Source: Octopus bimaculoides (taxonomy: Eukaryota). From it: a DNA stretch of 40,926 bases. Location: contig NC_068995.1 in assembly GCF_001194135.2 (NCBI RefSeq), positions 22,409,495 to 22,450,420 of the forward strand. Reading direction: 5' to 3'. Positions 21,448 to 31,423 of this stretch are shown piece by piece (positions within the stretch are counted from its first letter, which is position 1; each line of letters begins with the position of its first letter). Position numbers and translations under genes: made by a program. Below the pieces are notes generated by a model. The model did no database searches, was not told the DNA's origin, and saw only the letters and a program-made list of their open reading frames with translations.

Positions 21448-23059
21448 NNNNNNNNNNNNNNNNNNNNNNNNNNNNNNNNNNNNNNNNNNNNNNNNNNNNN
21501 NNNNNNNNNNNNNNNNNNNNNNNNNNNNNNNNNNNNNNNNNNNNNNNNNNNNNNNNNNNNNNNNNNNNNNNNNNNNNNNNNNNNNNNNNNNNNNNNNNNN
21601 NNNNNNNNNNNNNNNNNNNNNNNNNNNNNNNNNNNNNNNNNNNNNNNNNNNNNNNNNNNNNNNNNNNNNNNNNNNNNNNNNNNNNNNNNNNNNNNNNNNN
21701 NNNNNNNNNNNNNNNNNNNNNNNNNNNNNNNNNNNNNNNNNNNNNNNNATATATAGTCGTACGTTAGAAGATTATTGTCTTATATTTTAGTAAGCGTAAT
21801 CTGTGCATCTCGTCTAATTTTGCAAAAGTGGATTCCACTTTTCCATAACAATGCATAGATACGTCGAAAGATGTCGTTGACTTGTTTTGTGAACGAAAGC
21901 ATTCATCATAAAATGCGCATTAAATTACATTAAAATTCACGAGAATTTCAGCATTATTTTAAATAATGTTACAGAATATTATTTGGAATATTACAGTTTC
22001 AACTGGAATAATTTAAGTAATATAAAATTAGTACTGTGCGATGATGGACTTTCTGAATAATATACTAGTAAATTCTAATTAATTCTAGTTACTTCTTGTA
22101 TATGATTCCAACTTATACCTCTTGAAATAATCAACGTTTACATGATGTAAACTCAATGATATATAAGCCGGTGCTGCGAGAGTTGTTCCATATAGACATT
22201 CTCAAGTTGTTGTTTTTTTTATTTTACAAAAGTCTGCATCTCTTTTATATTTTATTATACGCGTTTATATTGCTCTTATATATATTTATATATGAAGAGC
22301 TAATATTTGGTGTATTTTTCTGACTGATTTGAACAATCTCTTTCTTTTGTTCTATTACATTATATATTATTTTTAAGGTTGTTGATGTTTTTACGTGTTT
22401 TCTCTACATATATCATACAAATAACTGTCAAAAATGTACACGCATAATGTATCCCTTTTGCATATATGATCCTATCTATCAGTCTCACAATTTCAGTATC
22501 TTTATGTGCATATGCGTATGTAAGTATGTCTGTACGTGATCTGAATTAACGCTTTTATATTTTCCTCTCTGTATATGCTATAACTGCATTGCAAAAACAT
22601 GCTCAAACTATGCAGTCATATGCGCAAATACGTAAAAACACACAGGTGTGTGCATATGTGTGCGTGTGTATGGATTGGTGTGTGTGAGTGTGGATTCGTG
22701 TGTGTGTGTGTTTGTGTGCGTGCGCAGATGAGAGTATGTTTTATTTTTAGTACATACTAACAGTTATAGATTAAGTTACAGGAAAGAGACCTAGTGTACT
22801 TTCAGATATATCCAATGCAGACATACATATGAATAACTATACAGATGGGTTTTTTTCACTTAAAAGAAGAAACATTTTAGGATTCAGTGCGTTCTAACAT
22901 TAAAATACATTAATTGCTTTATTGTTTTCCTGTCTTTCGTTCATTTTTTCACAGTTATTTTCACTTCGTAGATTTCCTACTTTGTCCTCCCATGATTTTC
23001 TTTATAATTATGAGTATATACTTTCATAGACACACCCACAGGCACACGTATGTGTCTGC

Positions 23060-23061
23060 GC

Positions 23062-23152
<91 letters not shown>

Positions 23153-23235
23153 AATACATAACTTTATTCATACATACGTGTATATGTGTATATATATGTA
23201 TATATGTGGGTGCGTGTGTGTGCGTGTGTATGTAT
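23060..23235. repeat. Long (TA)n with TG/TA degenerate flank
   Basis: Direct reading. Confidence 0.95.
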
Positions 23236-23339
23236 ATATACATATAAATAGGAAAATTTACGAAAAAACAACAACAGACGAAGATAGGTGGTGTAAACAA
23301 CAAAAGGATGTATTAGTTTACGCTCGAGAATAGAGAAAG

Positions 23340-23376
23340 TCTTTAACGTTTCGAGCTACGCTCTTCGACAGAAAGA
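23340..23376 (-). ncRNA. Minimal hammerhead-like motif in a probable PLE terminal remnant (~23260-23445)
   Basis: Minus strand reads TCTTT-CTGTCGA-A-GAGC-GTA-GCTC-GAA-ACGT-T-AAAGA. Helix I TCTTT/AAAGA, stem II GAGC/GCTC and palindrome AACGTT are present. Core position A6 is replaced by T. Confidence 0.55.
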
Positions 23377-23451
23377 ATAAGGAGAAAAACAAGGAGAAAA
23401 ACACGGAGTAAAAAATTTGAATGTTGTGGTCAGCAATCTATCATGGCCGTA

Positions 23452-23527
23452 TATATACGACGGGCTTTTTTCGGTTTCCGCCTACAAAATTCCCTCACAA
23501 GGCTTCGGTCGGCCCGAGGCTATAGCA
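23452..23527 (-). mobile_element. SINE internal fragment (family of 425-800)
   Basis: ACGACGGGCTTTTTTCGGTTTCCGCCTACAAAATTCCCTCACAAGGCTTCGGTCGGCCCGAGGCTATAG aligns to ~640-710. Confidence 0.8.
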
Positions 23528-23806
23528 GATCTCAATCCATTGGACTATTACATGCAGAGCGTTGTTGTGAGAGAGTTCAATGAACACACCCATAACACTG
23601 CCATAGTCAGTGTAATGTCCAAAATGAACCAGGACCACTTGGTTCGAGCATGCAGATGATTCCGATCTCATATAGAAGCAGTTGTTGAAGCTGAAGGTGG
23701 CTTTATTGAATAACATTATTTTTATCCTCGTAGCATTTTTTTGATAAATAAAGTTATTATCTGATATTATATATGTGTGTTTTTATAAACGTAATTCTGC
23801 GCTCAA

Positions 23807-23812
<6 letters not shown>
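23528..23812 (+). mobile_element. Tc1/mariner-superfamily (maT/rosa-like, SPDLNPLD) transposase C-terminal fragment
   Basis: DLNPLDYY...HNT...LVRACR*FRSHIEAVVEAEGGFIE* is a typical C-terminus, followed by a short 3' UTR ending at (TA)n. Confidence 0.75.
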
Positions 23813-23839
<27 letters not shown>

Positions 23840-23842
<3 letters not shown>

Positions 23843-24080
23843 ATATAAAAGAGAGTTTGTATATGCGTGTGTGTGCGTGTTCCTTATGTATTCCAAAACC
23901 GAGTTGCCAATTGTGACGTGAGATATATCAAGATTCAGTAAGCTTTTAGCTACCAGCTAAACTATATTTTCATTCACATATTTGCATTACAAAAATTTAA
24001 CATTATCATTTTCTTTTAGTCCCCTATCCTAAACGACATTTTATATCACCCATATAACGACGATGACGTCATATGTTGTA
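23840..24080 (+). mobile_element. Helitron-type 5' terminal segment, copy A
   Basis: Starts TATATAAAAGAGAGTTTGTAT(GT)n and aligns over ~200 nt to 27292-27590. The Helitron assignment rests on the TCTATA..AAAAG start in copy B and on downstream RepHel fragments. Confidence 0.6.
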
Positions 24081-25002
24081 TATGAGTGTGTTACCACGTT
24101 CGTTACTTACGTTAGGCCGATGACTGACAAGTATATGTGTGACGGTGTATGTGTCTCTCAGAATACATACAGTTTTGTGGCGACTGACATACACATACAC
24201 ATTTAAAGACAGAGAGGCTTCAGAGATAGGCTTCAGGTGTGTGTTACTGCACGTGTGTGTCTATCTTTTTTTATGTATGCAATAAATATTATTCTGGTTA
24301 TTATAACAACTTCGGAAACTTGGCGAAGTAGAAAGCTTCAGCGGCTTTTGCAATATATTTACAGAAATGTTATTCCACTCTTTCTAACCAGTTTCAATAT
24401 GTTTTTTAACAGTCCTTGTTTTCTACATCACTGGGAGTAACAACGTCGCACAAACTTATTCCTGCATTAGTCAGTATTTATCCCACAGCCAATAACCTTA
24501 CACAGTTCAAAAATATATAGTAATGTCAAATTAATTTATATCTTGCTACATACATCTTTCAACAAATATTTTAAATTAACGTTCAAAACAAAAGCATCTT
24601 CATTTTTATACACTTGGTTCCGCGTCCGTTTCAAAATTTTAAATTAAATTATTTTTGTATGAAAAATTGAATTATGCCTTCTGAATTTTCTTGCACTTTC
24701 ACTTTCTTGACCGTGACATTCCTTCATTCCTTATAACATGTAGTACATGTTACAAATAAATGTTGACTTGATGTACTTTCTTACATTGGAGACGCATACT
24801 AACGGTTGCTAAATTTGTGACATTCCATTTTTTTATACCATAACTATGCTACAGAAAGTATGTTTTGCACCTATATTGACTACATTTCGTTTCGCTTGGA
24901 CCTGGTGTGTGTACATGTTGCTCTTTTCAATATTATCAATTCTATGAGTGTGTGTTTCTGCGTTCGTTACGTCAATAGTAAACTATTGTAAAGAACATTT
25001 TA

Positions 25003-25294
25003 CGTTGTTTTAATGAGCCTACATCTAATGAAGTAGCCATCCTTATGGTTGGTGATTCCGTTCAAAATCATGGTATTCTCATTCGTGTTCGAGATAACAA
25101 CCTTAAACATGTTTCAGACTCATCCCTCTTACGATGATGCCCTGTATACTCTTATTCTGTGGATTGGACAAGATGGGTATTAGTTCAATATTCCTCGAAC
25201 TGAACCTGCAACAGGATAGCCAATTACAAACAAAAGGGTGTCGTCAAATGTCTTCTATTCTTACCAACTGATATTAAGACCAGAGCAATCAAAT
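25003..25294 (+). mobile_element. Helitron Rep N-terminal coding fragment, decayed
   Basis: RCFNEPTSNEVAILMVGD...IRVRDNNLKHVSD.HPSYD..LYTLILWIGQDGY*FNI...KRVSSNVFYSYQLILR matches the FNAPT.NEVAIVM...H.SYD.LQYPL.F..G.DG region of Helitron Rep. Confidence 0.85.
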
Positions 25295-25748
25295 CCTTTC
25301 TACTTACGGACTGCCTCTTACTCTATCAGAATTTTCAGTCTGATCGCACGTGTCTTGAAGCGTGCTGCAAAATTTCAATTTAGATATTATTGGGGAACTT
25401 AAGTGTACACATAGCTTTGTGCATGCTTGTTCCATGTGTGCAGGTATTTCATTTATTTCTTAACGTATTTACCGCTGATGACAAGAAAATTCTTTATGAA
25501 TTAACTCAGAAATCGGACCGATTCGGTAATAACGGAATTTTTTAGAAATTTCTGTCAGCTTGCTTCGAGATGCGTGCTTTTAGTGATGAATTATAGGTGG
25601 TTATTGACGATTTAAAGTCTACTTCTCGGCGATTTGGCATAGGAATTTTTTCTTTTGCTCGTATTTGTTTATATATAGTAATGTTGTTTATATGTATCAA
25701 TGCATGCTGGAATATAAGCATAAGAATTTATAGGAAATTTGTACAGTA

Positions 25749-26014
25749 AATTAATAATTATATATATATATGTATATAATTGTATTAAGGGAGCAAGAGC
25801 CAGAAGAACGAGCTATCTCCAAGATGCTTGAATGCCGAGGCCTTCAGATACTACCGAAAATCTCCAAAACTATACACGGATTGTAGGGGTGGGGGCGTAT
25901 GAAAGAACATCAAAATTCCGAAGGCCTCCGCATTCGAGCATGCTAGAGATAGGTCGTTCTTTCTGCTCTTTCTCCCTTAATATAATTATATACAGAAATA
26001 TCTGATTATTAATT
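25749..26014. mobile_element. Foldback/MITE-like element with ~95-bp inverted arms (25749-25847 / 25918-26014)
   Basis: TGTATATAATTGTATTAAGGGAGCAAGAGCCAGAAGAACGAGCTATCTCCAAGATGCTTGAATGCCGAGGCCTTC matches the reverse complement of 25919-25994 at roughly 80-85% by eye; ~70-nt spacer. Confidence 0.82.
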
Positions 26015-26029
26015 GTATACGTATATATA

Positions 26030-26108
26030 AATATACACACACATACACACACAGACACACACACAATCACGTAATTATATATGTATTCATGTGTGTGTGT
26101 GTGTGTCT

Positions 26109-26165
<57 letters not shown>
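26030..26165. repeat. (CA)n then (TG)n microsatellites
   Basis: Direct reading. Confidence 0.92.
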
Positions 26166-26166
<1 letters not shown>

Positions 26167-27049
26167 CTATATACGTATACGTATGGACATAGATCTATAC
26201 GGGCAGACAGGCATTTAAAGAAACATCTAGTGTGTTGAAAGCACAATTGTGTCTTAGTATCATGTTTATACGAATAATAATGTTCATATACGAGTGTGAG
26301 TTACTACTCATTGGCGTCAAAGCGCAAAATTCCTAAAAAATTCATGAACGTGCATATCTGCTTATGATTCTTCTAGAACTTACTCTCAGAATTTGGCTTA
26401 TAATAATCACTGCTCACTTGCAAAGCAAGAGGTTTTATGCAATGGAGTACTAATCTCATGCCTGACGCGGTATGGTTACTCAGCACACAAGTACACATGT
26501 AAACACACACACACATACACACGCAGAGACAGTCTATTCTAGACTGTAGCCATGGCAAGTTCACAATGGCAGAAAGTAGTCCAGATGTATTCTACAACCT
26601 CTAGACAACAGGTGCTGTTTCCAACGCAATTAAATTATCTTCTGATCTTCGGAGCTATCGGTCACGTACCGGCTTCCTTATTTCATCTCCTATTTCCCAT
26701 ATTGTTTCCAATCCCAGCACCTGAAGAAAAGATAAGAAAAAGATAGAATTGAACCAGATAGTCATCTCTGTGCAGTTGCCTCCCATATTATGTGTTACTT
26801 GTAGTTTTAGTGGAATTGCAACGGCTTCCATCTCTTCTGTCCCTCTGCTCCTGCCTAGCTCATGGGCTCTGCCCTTCCTTCAGACATAGGAAGTAATTAG
26901 AATTTATCATTAGTTATTTAGATATATTTTTGTGACTTTGTTCTTTGTCTGTGTTTTAATTTAGCATCGTGCTGGCACATGAGTACTTTCATTTACACCA
27001 ATTTCTAATTTCTATGAAGAATTTAATTTTTCTATAATTTTATTCCTTT

Positions 27050-27250
27050 ACTAGATTCAGTCATTTGGCTGCAGCCATGCTGGAGCACCACCTTCAAAGA
27101 TTTTAGTCGAACAAACCGACCCCAGTATTCATTTCTTTTTAATCATAGTGCTTATCCCATCGGTGTCTTATGCTGAACTGCTAAGTTACGGGGACGTAAA
27201 CAGACCGATTGTCAATGATGGGGAGACGAACAAACATACAAACACACACA
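27050..27250 (-). mobile_element. SINE 3' fragment (family of 425-800)
   Basis: CAGTCATTTGGCTGCAGCCATGCTGGAGCACCACCTTCAAAG...GCTAAGTTACGGGGACGTAAAC aligns to ~425-600; the head is missing. Confidence 0.75.
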
Positions 27251-27291
27251 GACATATACATATATACATACTCACTCACACACGCATATAT

Positions 27292-27312
27292 CTATATCTA
27301 TAAAAGCGAGTT

Positions 27313-27367
<55 letters not shown>

Positions 27368-27590
27368 ATGTTCCTTATGCATTCCAAAACCGAGTTGCTG
27401 ATTGTGACATATAGGGTATCAAAAGATTCAGTATTATATCCATTACCAACTAAACTTTGTTTTCATTCACATATTTGCATTACAAAAATTTAACATTCTA
27501 ATCTTTTCCATAAGTCAACTATTGTAAACATTTTATACAAAGAGGAAGACGACGACTATGACGTCACATTTTCTATATGAGTGCGTACCA
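27292..27590 (+). mobile_element. Helitron-type 5' terminal segment, copy B
   Basis: TCTATATCTATAAAAGCGAGTTTGTATG(TG)n...TTCCTTATGCATTCCAAAACCGAGTTGC...CATATTTGCATTACAAAAATTTAACATT is shared with 23840-24080. Confidence 0.65.
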
Positions 27591-28329
27591 TAAAAGATAT
27601 CCAGCATCACGGCACACACCTTCACTTACTCACTCTATCTCTCTATCTCTCTATCTCTTTCTCTTTCTCTCTCTCTATCTCGCACTCACAAACACACACA
27701 TACACACGTCCGTTTCATATACACGTACATACATTTTTCACTTTCTCATCTCCTTCATTTTCTACTCTCTCTCCCCTTTTCGCTTTCTCTTTTCTTTCAA
27801 TTTCTGCTCTCTTCAAAGTATAAACAAATACATTTTTACGGAATGAGCCAGAGCAACACAGAGTGAGAAAAAGAAAAGAGAAAGAAACAGGGAGAAAGCA
27901 AGTTTCTTTGGGAGAAGATGAATGACAGGGATAGCAGGTGAGAGAGAAATGCTGTTTCATACCCTGTGTATGTTCTAAAGTTGAAAATGAAAGAAAGCCG
28001 GCACAAAGAGAGGGAGAAAGCGGAGGAGACACGGGGAACCCCAGAAACGAGATCGGGTCACACATTTTCACTTTTGTCCCCTGTTTCACGCATGTGCAGA
28101 ATTAGGCATTATCTCTTTCTTTCAATTTCTCATTATAATCTCGGGAGACCTTTTGTTGGCAACATATTACAACTTCACTACATTTCCTTCTTTTGGAATT
28201 GAGAAAAGTACACAAAAATAACTTTCTTTGGCACACACACTCAGTTAAAGTTCTGTATGAATTATGTTGTCTTGCTGTGTGCTAAATTACAGTTCAAATC
28301 CTATGGAAATTATCTTTTCCTATTCTGTC

Positions 28330-28765
28330 ATTCCTGTTTGTGACGAGCGTATTTCAAAACCTAATCTTCCATTTAAACCTACAAGGAATTAATCTCAGAA
28401 ATCCTGTCCTTCATTCGTTATTTCTAGCATGTCCGAGTTCACGTTTGCATGACCACCATCCTCCCACCCTTATTTCTTTCCTCAGTTTCCTCACACTACT
28501 ATGTTTTCCACACAGGAGATTTTGCAGTTCGCCTGAAAGCGGGTAGCTGATGGGTGATCGAGCTGATGAGTATCCACCTGAACTTCTCAACTCTCGACAA
28601 CCCACAAGACTGCCACCTTATAAGCTCAGGGTCAAACTTTAAAAATTGTGGGTCTCAATTTACAAAAACCCTGCTTTACTCATGGACAACTATATGCCGC
28701 ATGCTCTCGAGTTAGCAGTTCAGATGATTTATGCAAAACATAGTTTATCCAGGAGCAATGTCGGC
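28330..28765 (+). mobile_element. Helitron PIF1-like helicase C-terminal fragment, internally deleted
   Basis: HVRVH (cf. NMRVH), EYPPELLNS...LPPYKL, AQGQTLKIVGLNLQKPCFTHGQLYAACSRVSS and terminal NIVYP. Confidence 0.88.
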
Positions 28766-28915
28766 TTCACACTCCTCGTGTGCCGATTCTGCCCATAAGA
28801 AAGAAGCAAATAGTACAATGTGAGTGTAGGTCATAACACCCGGACAACGCTGGGATGCATTTCTAGTGTATGTACACACACACACAAACACACACACACA
28901 CAAACACCCCCCCCC

Positions 28916-28969
<54 letters not shown>

Positions 28970-29779
28970 CATCGGCCACCAATATTTTACTATCTAGTAT
29001 TCTGTTTTGTGTTGTGTTGTGCAATGTTTGCAATTGCAATCGGTATCATAGAAATTACAGCTTTTATATTTGCAATCAGATTTATAAATCAAATTGGCTT
29101 TTGCATATTTGTATGCTTTCGCTTTTTTGTTTGTTAAATCATACATATCAAAATTTGATTATGCATTTTGTGTCGTTTCATTAGCTTTTTGCTATATATT
29201 TTATAGACACTATGCATTTGATTCATGCAAAACATTATATATGTGATATATATGTTCTTAATATGTGTGTTCCGTGAATTTATTGCGTTGACATTCTGCA
29301 AGTGTCCTTTTGGTGTATTAGTTTGGTTTGTTAGAATAACCATTGTTGATTTTTCTTTGGTTTTATTAAAGACATTTTTCATGCAATACTGTTTGTGAAG
29401 AAAAATCTAAGCGTTCCTCTAAGTAACATGGTTATACAAACAACATAAAAAAAACATCATGAAAGAATAGTCAACTTCGAAGAAGCTCCTACGCACATTA
29501 ACATGATTTCCTTGAATAGAAGACAGGGTGAAATTTTAGAAACGGTGTTGATGAATTTAGAAAGTTTGCTTTTCTAGCGAAAGGTAAGGTACCCAAAGAC
29601 ACACATACTTGTACATATATAAATGCATATTTAAATATACATCCATACACAAGCTAGCACGCACACACACACAAACACACACACATATATATACATGTAA
29701 GCACGTAGGTATGTGTTGTGTATGCACATGTAAATATATATATGCATATATGTATGCGTGTGTGTCTCTGTGTGTGTGA

Positions 29780-29815
<36 letters not shown>

Positions 29816-30274
29816 NNNNNNNNNNCATATATATATATAACAAAAGACAGAGCAAGAGGGCGGGTGAGAAAGTCTGTCTCACGTCACTCAACACTACTTA
29901 ATTATTCAGGAATATCCTGATTTATGCATTCAACTTGTTTAATTTACAGCCCCCAGGCTTGGTGACGAGACTTTTTCTTTAGCAATAATACTTCATAACA
30001 TCTTAGTTTGTTATTGTTTATTCCATTCTATGGATTTACATTAGCATACGTTGAGTAGATTTAATGTATTCTCGATGAAAGCATTCTGTTTCCTTAGCAG
30101 GGAAACATCAAAATATCATGCTGGTTCCTCTATGATTGAATCGATACTGTCTTTTTTTCCTTTCTTTTTATACGATATCTAGTTTTCCATTTTTCTTTAT
30201 TTCTTTTATTTTATTTTTAACGCTCTGTAATTTTTGAGATTTCACATCATGTCTGTGCTAATTTGATGGTGATT

Positions 30275-30490
30275 TTAATAGTGATGAAGATGCTGATGAT
30301 GGTAATGATGATGATGATGATGATGAGAAAAATGATAGTGATAATGATAATGTCGATAATGATGATGATGATGATGATGATGATGAGGATGATGATGATG
30401 ATGATGATGATGGAGATGATGGAGATGATGACGATAAGAATGTCGTTAGTGATGATGATGCTGTTAAGAATGATGATGATGATGATGATC
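30275..30490. repeat. (GAT)n degenerate microsatellite
   Basis: Direct reading. Confidence 0.92.
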
Positions 30491-31246
30491 GGTACAATTA
30501 TAGCATTAGTGTTAGTGTTCTGCTGATGCAGTTATTGTTAGTGGTGGCCGTAAGAAAGACTACGTCAAACACGGTGACGATGATGATAATGATGATGAGG
30601 ACAAAAAAATATTGCTCTTATCTCTACTATTTTTTACTGAGTGAGAGAGTAGTGCATAGCATAAAATTGACACTTGGATATAAATATACGAAGCCCAATA
30701 TACCCGTTTGAAAAGAGAACACCAGACACATGCATCACAACAATATTTGCGCAAATTTGTGATCTCGTATCGAGATAAACAGCGCATGATCTTGCAGGTG
30801 GGCCAAATTAAAATATTATTCGGGTCGAGTAATCCATCCTACTCAAATGGTCCCTGAATAACGTTTGTTTAAGGATGTTGAATGACACATCCATGTTTCT
30901 AGAGGGGAATTATTCCAACCCGAAACAATTCCTTTCAACATATGGCTATGATGCTCCCTCACTACTTCTGCTCATGATCAGAGATGCAGATATCGTCAGC
31001 CACAAAAGAATATGCTCAACTGATTAAGGACAAGAAACTGACAAGCAAGTCTGTAATATTGACCAGAATGTTAGCTGTAACCCATCTTTTACACCAAATA
31101 AAATCATGTACACTTCTAATAAGTTAATATCAGAAGCCATGAGTTCCTGGTACTGCATCGAGGTATTTTATTAATGAGCAAACTTAATGTATTCTCAATG
31201 AAGGCAGCCTGTTAACAGGGAAACATCAAAATATCATGCTGGTCCT

Positions 31247-31307
31247 TATTCTTCTTCTTCTTCTCCTTCTTCTTCTTCTTCTTCTTCTTCTTCTTCTTCT
31301 TCTTCTT

Positions 31308-31368
<61 letters not shown>

Positions 31369-31381
31369 GTAGTAGTAGTAA

Positions 31382-31420
<39 letters not shown>
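31247..31420. repeat. (CTT)n(ATT)n compound microsatellite forming the 3' tail/target of the R4/Dong LINE
   Basis: Direct reading; immediately abuts the LINE 3' UTR. Confidence 0.92.

Positions 31421-31423
<3 letters not shown>

Noticed and set aside
24733-24751. Small palindrome TAACATGT-AGT-ACATGTTA (also TCACTGG/CCAGTGA near 37277)
   Set aside because: Too short to distinguish from background.
30790-31090. Segment that looks like a dispersed repeat I recall from octopus DNA
   Set aside because: No second copy or diagnostic motif in the window, so it cannot be supported.
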